Assembly (NCBI GenBank): GCA_030065585.1
Contig: JASJED010000061.1
Location: 1 to 39,670 of the forward strand
Origin: Desulfobacterales bacterium
GTDB taxonomy: Bacteria > Desulfobacterota > Desulfobacteria > Desulfobacterales > UBA5852
Direction: 5' to 3'
DNA: 39,670 nt
Within the stretch, counting starts at the first letter, position 1. The number at the start of each line of letters is the position of its first letter. Positions 32,736-39,670 of this stretch are shown in pieces. The notes beneath the pieces were generated by a model that saw only the letters and a program-made list of their open reading frames with translations, did no database searches and had not been told where the DNA came from. The translations under genes and the position numbers were made by a program.

Positions 32736-35147
32736 ATGTCGCCGTCATATGAAATCCCTGTCGAGGCCCTGTTCAAACACTGTGATCCGGCCCAGTTTGA
32801 TTTTCAAGATACCTCCGCGCTTGATCCCCTCGAAACGGTCATCGGCCAGGAACGGGCCGTCCAGGCCATCGATTTCGGTCTCAACATGAAGAGCGCGGGC
32901 TACAATATCTTTGTGACCGGCCCGGTGGGTACCGGCAAAAGCACGATCGTGGGGGATATCGTGCGTCAATATGCCCGCAAGGAGGAATGCCCGCCGGACT
33001 GGATTCTGGTGAACAATTTCAGCGATCCCTATCGTCCGGTGGCCATCGCTGTGCCGCCCGGATGCGCCTACGGGTTTTCCAAACGCATGAGCAAATTGGT
33101 GACTGACGTGCGTCAGGCGCTTCCCAAGGCCTTCGACAACAAGGAATTTCAGGATCGTCAGGCGGCGCTGCAAAGCCAGTATAGCGCGGCCCAGGAGAAC
33201 ATCTTCGAGGACCTGAGCCGCAAGGCCGCCGAGCGGCAGCTGCGGATCAATCGCACCAAAATCGGTTATCAGACGCTGGCCCTGAAAAATGATCAACCCA
33301 TCACCCAGGAAGATTTCGAAAACCTGCCCCCCGAAGAGCAAACCCAAATCAAGGAGAACATTCGCTCGTTTCAGGCTGAAATCGAGGCCACCGAAACCCA
33401 GACCAACCAATTGGCCCAGGAACACCAGGTGCGGATCGAAAAATTGATGCAGGAGGTGGCGCTCTTCCTGATCCGCAACCGGTTGAATGTGCTGCGGCAG
33501 CCCTTCGAAGGCCGGAAGGCCATTCAGGGCTATCTGGACGCCGTGCAGGCCGACATGCTTGAGAATATCCAGTTCTTCATGCCCACCCGGGAGAATGGAT
33601 CGGGAACCGCCGAAGAACCCAACAACCATTTGGGCGGGTTCAGTTTCACGCGCTACAGCGTCAACGTACTGGCCGATCGTCGCCAGGTCCAGGGGGCACC
33701 GGTCATTTTCGAGCCCAACCCGACCTACCAGAATGTTTTCGGGCAGATCGAAAAACGCGCCTATCTGGGCGCCCTGAAAACGGATTTTACCATGGTCCAG
33801 GCCGGATCCCTGCTGCGGGCCAACGGCGGTTATCTGTTGATGGAAATCGAGGCCGTGATGATGAATCCCATGGTGTGGGAGGCGCTCAAACGCGCCTTGC
33901 AGTCCAAGCTGCTGAGCATCGAGGATGTGGCCTCGGAAATGGGCTACGGCGTTTCCTCCCAGCGCCCCGAACCCATTCCGCTGGACGTCAAGGTGATTCT
34001 TTTGGGCGGCTATGCGATTTTCGAAAAATTGCAGAATTTCGATTCCAAGTTTGACAAAATCTTCAAGGTCCGTGCGGACTTCGACAACGAGGTCGATCTG
34101 AGTGCCGAAACCATTGGTCTGTACGCGCGCTTCATCGCCCGCGTGGCGCGCGAGGAAAATCTGCGGCCCTTCAGCCCTGAAGGCGTGGCCGCCATGGTGG
34201 AATACGGTCAGCGCTTCGCCGCCGACCAGCAGAAGTTGTCCCTGCGCTTCGGCCCCATCGTGGGGGTGCTCAAGGAAGCCGATTTCTGGGCGCGTCAAAT
34301 GGAGGCCGCCGCGGTAACGGAGGCCCACATTCACAAGGCTCTCCATAAGCGTCGTTTTCGCTACAATCTCTACGAGGAAAAGATGGCCGCCGCCTTCGAG
34401 GACGAAAGCGTCCTGCTCGATGTGACCGGCGGCATGGTCGGTCAGGTCAACGCCCTGGCGGTTTACCAGATGGGGGATATCGCCTTTGGTCGGCCGAGCC
34501 GCATAACGGCCGAGACGTTCATGGGCAAACCCGGGCTCGTGAGTATCGAGCGCGAGGCCGAGTTGAGCGGGAGTTCCCACGACAAGGGCGTTTTGATCCT
34601 TTCCGGCTATCTGGGCCGCACCTTTGCCCAGCATCATCCGCTGGGGCTTGCGATCAGTATTGCCTTCGAGCAGAGCTATGGGCCGATCGACGGCGACAGC
34701 GCATCTTCGACCGAACTCTACGCGATTCTGTCGAGTCTGGCCAATTTGCCCATCCGCCAGGGAATTGCGGTTACCGGGTCGGTCAACCAGAAGGGTGAAA
34801 TCCAGGCCATCGGCGGGGTCAATCAAAAGATCGAAGGGTATTTCGATGTCTGCCGGAAGCGGGGCCTCGACGGCCAGCAGGGTGTGCTGATCCCCCGGGC
34901 CAACGTCAAGAACCTGATGCTCAAGACGGAAGTCGTCCAAGCGGTGGCGCAGGGGCGGTTCCACATCTACCAGGTGGCCCACGCGACCGAGGGGGTCGAA
35001 CTTCTCACCGGGGTGGCGGCCGGCACGCCGGACGACGACGGTAATTACCCTGCGGAAAGCGTCTACGGACGCATCCAGCACAAGTTAAAGACGTTTAACG
35101 AACGCCGCCGCCAACTTGACCGCGATCGGGGTCCGGAAACGGCCTAA
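32736..35147 (+). CDS. Lon-like protease with AAA+-like module carrying a long helical insertion (LonC/COG1067-like)
   Basis: 803 aa. Walker A is FVTGPVGTGKST, followed by a coiled-coil insert of about 190 aa. GGYLLMEIEAV sits where GGxLFxDE is expected. The C-terminal Lon proteolytic domain carries PIDGDSASST (Ser) and GGVNQKIEG (Lys). Confidence 0.9.
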   Translation: MSPSYEIPVEALFKHCDPAQFDFQDTSALDPLETVIGQERAVQAIDFGLNMKSAGYNIFVTGPVGTGKSTIVGDIVRQYARKEECPPDWILVNNFSDPYRPVAIAVPPGCAYGFSKRMSKLVTDVRQALPKAFDNKEFQDRQAALQSQYSAAQENIFEDLSRKAAERQLRINRTKIGYQTLALKNDQPITQEDFENLPPEEQTQIKENIRSFQAEIEATETQTNQLAQEHQVRIEKLMQEVALFLIRNRLNVLRQPFEGRKAIQGYLDAVQADMLENIQFFMPTRENGSGTAEEPNNHLGGFSFTRYSVNVLADRRQVQGAPVIFEPNPTYQNVFGQIEKRAYLGALKTDFTMVQAGSLLRANGGYLLMEIEAVMMNPMVWEALKRALQSKLLSIEDVASEMGYGVSSQRPEPIPLDVKVILLGGYAIFEKLQNFDSKFDKIFKVRADFDNEVDLSAETIGLYARFIARVAREENLRPFSPEGVAAMVEYGQRFAADQQKLSLRFGPIVGVLKEADFWARQMEAAAVTEAHIHKALHKRRFRYNLYEEKMAAAFEDESVLLDVTGGMVGQVNALAVYQMGDIAFGRPSRITAETFMGKPGLVSIEREAELSGSSHDKGVLILSGYLGRTFAQHHPLGLAISIAFEQSYGPIDGDSASSTELYAILSSLANLPIRQGIAVTGSVNQKGEIQAIGGVNQKIEGYFDVCRKRGLDGQQGVLIPRANVKNLMLKTEVVQAVAQGRFHIYQVAHATEGVELLTGVAAGTPDDDGNYPAESVYGRIQHKLKTFNERRRQLDRDRGPETA

Positions 35148-35267
35148 GGGGTGTATCGCGGGGGATATGCTAAAAAAGCTTTCTATCTGCCGTCAACTTT
35201 AGTAAGTACATCGCCATCGTTTCGACCGCACACCGCCACCTGCGGTGTGTGTCTCCCCGGAGAACCT

Positions 35268-36740
35268 ATGCAACGGGAAAACTATATCGAAACCTTGCGA
35301 TCGGAACTGCTGGATCTGGTCGAGGAGCATCTGACGCCGGTGGCCCTGCGCTACGGCTACAGCGAGGTGCCCCTGGAGTCCAACATCAAGTGGCGGCCGC
35401 TGGTGCTCGTGCTGGGCAACTATTCCTCGGGCAAGTCCACCCTGATCAATGATTTTCTGGGTGCCAAGATCCAGTCCACTGGACAAGCCCCCACGGACGA
35501 CTCTTTTACGGTGATCACCTATGGTGACAGCGAGAGCGAAGCGGATGATACCGTTCGGGTGGTCGAAGAGCGGGACGGCAAGTTTCTGCTCAACGACCCG
35601 GAATACCCCTTTGAGACCCTCAAGCGCTACGGACAGCGTTTCATCGCGCATTTTCGTTTGAAAAAGATCAATTCGCCCTTCCTCGAAAACCTGGCGATTA
35701 TCGATACCCCCGGCATGCTGGACAGCATTACGGAGCGCGACCGCGGCTACGACTACCAGGAAATCATTGGCGATCTGGCCCAGATGGCCGACCTGGTGCT
35801 GGTGCTTTTCGACCCCCACAAGGCCGGAACGGTGCGCGAAACCCACACCAGTCTGCGCGACACCCTGCCGGCCAAGACCTTCGAAGACCGTGTGCTTTTC
35901 GTGCTTAACCGCATCGACGAGTGCGCCTCCCTGATCGATCTCCTGCAGGTCTATGGCACCCTGTGCTGGAACCTGTCCCAGATGACGGGCCGCAAGGACA
36001 TACCGCCGATTCGTTTGACCTATTCGCCGCACGTCATGCAAAAGGGCGCCGGGGAATTGAACACCGACCAGCGCTATCTGCACTACCTGGACAACCAGCG
36101 CATGGAGGTCAAGGAAGCCGTATTGCAGGCCCCGCGTTACCGCCTCGACAATCTGGCGACCTTCGTCGAAACCCACGGGGAGCGGTTGTCCCATCTGCTG
36201 GAGGCCCTGGTGAGCTACAGCAAGCGCAAGCGTCGTTTCTTCTGGCGCCACCTGCTGATCAGCCTGATCCTCAGCATCCTTTTGGGGGGCGGGGCCGTGG
36301 CCGGGGTGATCACCGCCGGTCTGATCGGGCCGGACCCCTATCTGATGGCGGCGGTCGGCGGGGGAAGTGCGGTCCTGCTTTTCGTGCTCTGGCTGGCCAC
36401 CGGCATGCGCTGGCTGCGCGGCCGCTTCCATCGTGACCAGATGCGCCATCTGGATCGGCTAACGCCCCTGCGCAACCAAACCCGACGCGACAGTTGGCAA
36501 TCCATTCGGGACCTGGTTTACCTGACCTTGAAACGCACCACCGGAAAGATCGCGCGTAAGGAGGTCAAGTCGGAATACGAGGCCGTTTACCGGATCTACA
36601 CCGAAGGTTCCAAGGATATCCGTGAAGCGCTGAACGAACTGGCGACCCTTGAAGCCGGCGAGGCCCCGGCCTGGACGCGCGATGAAGCTTCGGAATCACC
36701 GCGTGATTTTCCTTATCAGGAGCTTGCCCGCCAAGATTAG
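35268..36740 (+). CDS. EHD-like dynamin-superfamily NTPase with C-terminal transmembrane hairpin
   Basis: The G1 motif is LVLGNYSSGKSTLIN. Further motifs are PTDDSFTVIT, IIDTPGMLDS..RDRGYDY, LVLFDPHK and VLNRID....LLQVYGTLCWNLSQM. The order and spacing mirror the eukaryotic EHD G domain. Two hydrophobic helices are present (LLISLILSILLGGGAVAGVITAGLI and YLMAAVGGGSAVLLFVLWLATGM). The start is taken at ATG 35268; the track lists GTG at 35151. Confidence 0.85.
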   Translation: MQRENYIETLRSELLDLVEEHLTPVALRYGYSEVPLESNIKWRPLVLVLGNYSSGKSTLINDFLGAKIQSTGQAPTDDSFTVITYGDSESEADDTVRVVEERDGKFLLNDPEYPFETLKRYGQRFIAHFRLKKINSPFLENLAIIDTPGMLDSITERDRGYDYQEIIGDLAQMADLVLVLFDPHKAGTVRETHTSLRDTLPAKTFEDRVLFVLNRIDECASLIDLLQVYGTLCWNLSQMTGRKDIPPIRLTYSPHVMQKGAGELNTDQRYLHYLDNQRMEVKEAVLQAPRYRLDNLATFVETHGERLSHLLEALVSYSKRKRRFFWRHLLISLILSILLGGGAVAGVITAGLIGPDPYLMAAVGGGSAVLLFVLWLATGMRWLRGRFHRDQMRHLDRLTPLRNQTRRDSWQSIRDLVYLTLKRTTGKIARKEVKSEYEAVYRIYTEGSKDIREALNELATLEAGEAPAWTRDEASESPRDFPYQELARQD

Positions 36741-36985
36741 CAGCGCCTATCCAGAAACGGCATCTTTTGGCCCAGGCCGGCGTTCTCGCTCTTTTGAAAT
36801 CCACATTTCTGACAAGGACATATTTCCGACTTTTTCATAATCGTGGATGGGCACTGTTGGCCGTCTCTCATTCGCGCTCCCAACAAGCAGGTCCGCGACC
36901 GTGGATCGCCGCACCTCCCGGTTGGGTATCCCAAGCCCCTGGCATCGTAAACGATGGTTGCAGAAATCAAGCGGGGGTAATGGCC

Positions 36986-37549
36986 TCATGGATGGCCGGC
37001 GGGGCGATCGCGTTGGGTAGGGGAGGGCGGTGCCGCGGCCGCCATCTGGAGACCGACAATGGTTTTGGCGTCGCGGATTTCACGATTGGCGATCATTTCC
37101 AGGGCGGTTTCGAGGGCCACTTCCCGGACTTCGAGGAGTTCGTCGTCGTCGAGTTGCTGGCCTCCCGGGGACAGTCGCTGCGCGAGAAAAAGGTGAATGA
37201 CTTCATCGGAATACCCCGGCAGGGGGGTGATTTCACCCATAGCGATCCACTCTTGGGCCGCAACCCCGGTTTCTTCTTCGAGCTCGCGCCGGGCGCAATC
37301 CAGCGGCGCTTCACCCGGATTCAGCGTACCCGCCGGTATTTCCCAGATGTCGCCGCCCACGGCATAGCGAAACTGGCGGATCAGAATCACGCCGCCCTGG
37401 TCGGTGAGCGCGACGATGGCCGCGGCACCGGGATGGCGAACGACCTCCAGGTCCACGGTAACACCATTTTCAAGGGTCACATTGTCGACCGCCAACTCGA
37501 AAACCCGTCCACGGTGCACCGTGCGGGTGTGGTTGCGTTGCGCGCGCAT
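36986..37549 (-). CDS. Nudix hydrolase (ADP-ribose pyrophosphatase-like)
   Basis: The Nudix box GTLNPGEAPLDCARRELEEETGV is canonical. The ATG at 37549 has AAGGAG upstream. The 71 N-terminal residues in the track look non-coding. Confidence 0.85.
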   Translation of the reverse strand: MRAQRNHTRTVHRGRVFELAVDNVTLENGVTVDLEVVRHPGAAAIVALTDQGGVILIRQFRYAVGGDIWEIPAGTLNPGEAPLDCARRELEEETGVAAQEWIAMGEITPLPGYSDEVIHLFLAQRLSPGGQQLDDDELLEVREVALETALEMIANREIRDAKTIVGLQMAAAAPPSPTQRDRPAGHP

Positions 37550-37818
37550 GGGGCGGAATCTCCTTTCGGTGCCGGCCCGAGGGTGGGCTCGGCCAGGATA
37601 ATTTCTACGCGGGCCAAAACAATGCTTGGCCTGGATGCCGACGTGCTTTACCTTGACATAGCAACATATGCCAATCCAGTGTCGGCAGGCAAGCCCGACA
37701 CGGGCCGATCGTGCGGACGCCTCTGCGGTGACACCCGCTTCTCCGCCGACCATGCGTGACAACCTCTACCGCGGTCGTCACCGACGGCCCGATTAAATTT
37801 GTTGAAGGGAGACGTGTG

Positions 37819-38325
37819 ATGAACCTCGAAGACGCCATCGCTCAGGCCATCGCCTATGAAACCCGCATCCGGGACCTCTATCGCGAGGCCGCTGATCAAA
37901 CCACCGATGTCAAAGGCCAGAAAGTCTTCCAGACCCTGGCGGACGATGAACAGCGTCACCTCGATTATCTGGAGCACAAACGCCGCCAGTGGCGTGAGGA
38001 AGGGACTCTGACGGTGGAACTTCTGGCCTCGCTGGTGGCGGCTCCCGAAATACCGCCGTCGGCGGTTGAAGGCCTCGCCACCCAGATGGACCGCCCCGAC
38101 CGGGGCGACGAAAAACGAATGCTCAGCAAGGCGCTGCAGGTCGAGATGGAAACCAGCGAATTCTACCGGCGCATGGTCGCGGAGATGGACGGTGCGGCCC
38201 GTGACATGTTCGCGCGCTTCCTGGAGATCGAAGACGGCCATATCGTCGCGGTCCAGGCCGAACTCGACTATATCAGCCAGACCGGGTTCTGGTTCGACTT
38301 TCAGGAGTTCGACATGGAGTACTAA
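37819..38325 (+). CDS. Ferritin-like / rubrerythrin-type diiron domain protein (paralog of 30772-31251)
   Basis: The ATG at 37819 has GGGAGA six nt upstream. The ligand pattern is YETRIRD, DDEQRH, QVEMETSEFY and EIEDGH. Confidence 0.8.
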   Translation: MNLEDAIAQAIAYETRIRDLYREAADQTTDVKGQKVFQTLADDEQRHLDYLEHKRRQWREEGTLTVELLASLVAAPEIPPSAVEGLATQMDRPDRGDEKRMLSKALQVEMETSEFYRRMVAEMDGAARDMFARFLEIEDGHIVAVQAELDYISQTGFWFDFQEFDMEY

Positions 38326-38585
38326 GGGCGATCCCACCCTTTCGCACACGGTTGGGATCCGGAATCTTGTCCTCGTGCGTCGATCGCACGTGCGGGTGGT
38401 TCGCTCCACAGCGCCGACCCGCTGTCTCACGGCCAAGCAGCCTGGGCGGAGGCCCTCGTGATTGCGGCGCTTTCAGCCTTGACATCACACCCCCTTTTCT
38501 ATACACGAACTCTTTTGATCAAAATTCGATTCCGCTGCGGCGCTTCGCGTTTTTGCATGCAGTGCCGGCGGCGTCAGGAGAATCC

Positions 38586-39670
38586 ATGGCGGCAACCACT
38601 ACCGAAAGACCGGGCCTCGGCACCTTTGCACATGGTGTGCATCCACCCGAACACAAGCACTTTTCCGAAGATCTGCCCATCGAAGTCGTCCCGACGCCGG
38701 CCAAGGTGCAACTGCCTTTGCTGCAGCACGTGGGGGCGCCCAGTGTGCCGGTGGTCAAGGTCAAAGATGCTTTGACCATGGGGGATATGATCAGCAAGGG
38801 CGGGGGGTTCGTATCGGCGCCCCTGCATGCGCCGATCGCCGGCAAGGTGCTCAAAACGGCGGTGGCCACGCTGCCCAACGCGCGGCACGTACAGGTCTTG
38901 CCCATCAAGGCCGACGGTGAACAGCTCGAGGGGCAGGCGCTTTTCGATGATGTCCTGGGCGGCGAGTGGCCTTATGAAGGCATCGACCAGCGCGACGCCC
39001 AGGAAATCACCGATGCCATCGCCGCCGCCGGCATCGTCGGTCTGGGCGGTGCCGCTTTTCCAACCCACGTCAAATACACGCGTAACGACGAAAAACCCAT
39101 CGATACGGTCTTGATCAATGGCTGTGAATGCGAACCGTTTCTGACGCCCGACTACCGCGTCATGCTCGAGGCCCCCCGGGCTGTGGTGGCCGGATCGCTG
39201 CTGGTGGGCCGGGCGGCCGGCGCCCGCACGATCATCATCGGGGTGGAGAACAACAAACCGCAGGCTATCGAAGTGCTGCGCCAAGCCGCCGCCGGAACCG
39301 GCATTCAAATCGCGGTGCTCAAAACCAAATACCCTCAGGGCAGCGAAAAACAGCTCATCATGGCGGTGCTCAAACGGGAGACCCCCATGGGCGGTCTGCC
39401 CTTGGACATCGGTGTGGCGGTCAGCAACGTGGGCACTGCGGCGGCCATTGCGCGGGCCGTGCTGCGCGGCAAACCCCTGACCCACCGGGTGGTGAGCGTC
39501 ACCGGCGCCGGTATCCGGCAGCCCAAGAATCTGCTGGTACCGATCGGGATCAGCTACCGGGAACTGATCGATTTTTGCGGAGGGCTTAAATCCGATGCGG
39601 CCCGGATCGTTTCCGGCGGGCCCATGATGGGCTTTGCCTTCGCCAACCTGGATGCCCCGATTACCAAGGG
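38586..39670 (+). CDS. rnfC: Electron transport complex subunit RnfC/RsxC, N-terminal part (3'-truncated by window edge)
   Basis: My own translation from ATG 38586 (AGGAGA upstream) is open to the end of the window. It reads ...FAHGVHPPEHKHFSEDLPIE...LPLLQHVGAPSVP...GGFVSAPLHAPIAGKV...IVGLGGAAFPTHVKY...LINGCECEPFLTPDYRVM...VENNKP...KYPQGSEKQLI. It is absent from the track because there is no stop in the window. Confidence 0.9.
   Translation, partial: MAATTTERPGLGTFAHGVHPPEHKHFSEDLPIEVVPTPAKVQLPLLQHVGAPSVPVVKVKDALTMGDMISKGGGFVSAPLHAPIAGKVLKTAVATLPNARHVQVLPIKADGEQLEGQALFDDVLGGEWPYEGIDQRDAQEITDAIAAAGIVGLGGAAFPTHVKYTRNDEKPIDTVLINGCECEPFLTPDYRVMLEAPRAVVAGSLLVGRAAGARTIIIGVENNKPQAIEVLRQAAAGTGIQIAVLKTKYPQGSEKQLIMAVLKRETPMGGLPLDIGVAVSNVGTAAAIARAVLRGKPLTHRVVSVTGAGIRQPKNLLVPIGISYRELIDFCGGLKSDAARIVSGGPMMGFAFANLDAPITK

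Noticed and set aside
32745-35081. 778-aa minus-strand ORF spanning almost the whole Lon-like gene
   Set aside because: It is an antisense shadow of a GC3-rich gene. The translation is R/G/H/L/D-rich and low in complexity with no recognisable motif, whereas the plus frame carries Walker A and Lon protease motifs.
35199-36449. 416-aa minus-strand ORF opposite the EHD-like gene
   Set aside because: It is an antisense shadow. The plus frame has G1, G3 and G4 motifs and TM helices, and this frame has none.
36737-36838. 33-aa Cys-rich minus-strand ORF MKKSEICPCQKCGFQKSENAGLGQKMPFLDRRC just after the EHD-like stop
   Set aside because: It has no SD and overlaps the stop codon of the convergent gene. 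The CxCxxC pattern alone is not enough, although peptide conservation would be worth checking.
36767-37759. 330-aa plus-strand ORF opposite the Nudix gene
   Set aside because: It is an antisense shadow, and the minus frame contains a textbook Nudix box.
37648-38436. 262-aa minus-strand ORF opposite the second ferritin-like gene
   Set aside because: It is an antisense shadow with no motifs. It overlaps the divergent intergenic region and the ferritin-like CDS.
38574-39485. 303-aa minus-strand ORF, plus the plus-strand ORFs 38827-39114 and 39128-39589
   Set aside because: The region is explained by the rnfC frame starting at 38586, which is open to the window end and strongly motif-bearing. 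The listed ORFs are out-of-frame or antisense.
1-39670. Scan for tRNA, rRNA, CRISPR arrays, IS elements and long direct or tandem repeats
   Set aside because: I saw no T-loop-like GGTTCGAAT/GGTTCAAAT motif in a non-coding context. There are no regularly spaced repeats and no transposase or integrase-like ORFs. The only GATTCAAATCC-like match (about 1575-1590) lies inside the MFP coding frame.

Overview
This is a GC-rich (about 60% by eye) bacterial chromosomal window. It is densely coding on both strands, and I saw no rRNA, tRNA, CRISPR array, transposase or integrase. The gene content (RnfC, LUD-domain protein, rubrerythrin-like ferritins, PAC2, PP2C/HAMP sensor) suggests an anaerobic Desulfobacterota/deltaproteobacterial-type genome; that placement is inference only. 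All homology calls come from motifs I recognise in the supplied translations, because no searches were run.

Main content, in order:
- 3' end of an aroB-like gene.
- A marR-MFP-RND-OMF efflux operon (449-7077).
- A TetR plus aminotransferase pair.
- A Nudix-like protein plus a TIM-barrel isomerase.
- A SMUG1-type UDG plus a THEP1-type NTPase.
- A GT9 glycosyltransferase and rsmF.
- A pseudo-receiver.
- A secreted protein ATGA-coupled to a 41-aa rubredoxin-like ORF that is below the ORF-track threshold.
- A cluster of small protein, PAC2, DnaJ-like and EI24-like genes.
- Pal and a LOG/PpnN-like protein.
- A HAMP-PP2C phosphatase and an ABC1/UbiB kinase.
- LUD and YcgN.
- An excisionase-type HTH gene, then an ArsR-thermonuclease operon.
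- Two paralogous ferritin-like genes and a TPR protein.
- A Nudix ADP-ribose pyrophosphatase.
- The 5' part of rnfC, which runs off the window and is therefore absent from the track.

The best candidate for something undescribed is the module at 32504-36740. It holds a 73-aa protein, then 10 nt later an 803-aa Lon-like protease with a long helical insertion and a non-canonical Walker B, then an EHD-like dynamin-superfamily NTPase with a C-terminal transmembrane hairpin.

Just upstream of that module, a near-consensus sigma70 promoter (TTGACG-N16-TATAAT) and an intrinsic terminator bracket a roughly 190-nt non-coding unit on the minus strand. I treat this as a candidate sRNA.

Other points of interest:
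- Almost pure A/T islands sharing a 12-mer.
- Two gene relics, one acyl-CoA dehydrogenase C-terminus and one ATP synthase c-subunit-like fragment.
- A 13-bp long-range inverted repeat in the ubiB-like leader.

Many long ORFs in the track are antisense shadows of real genes and were rejected.
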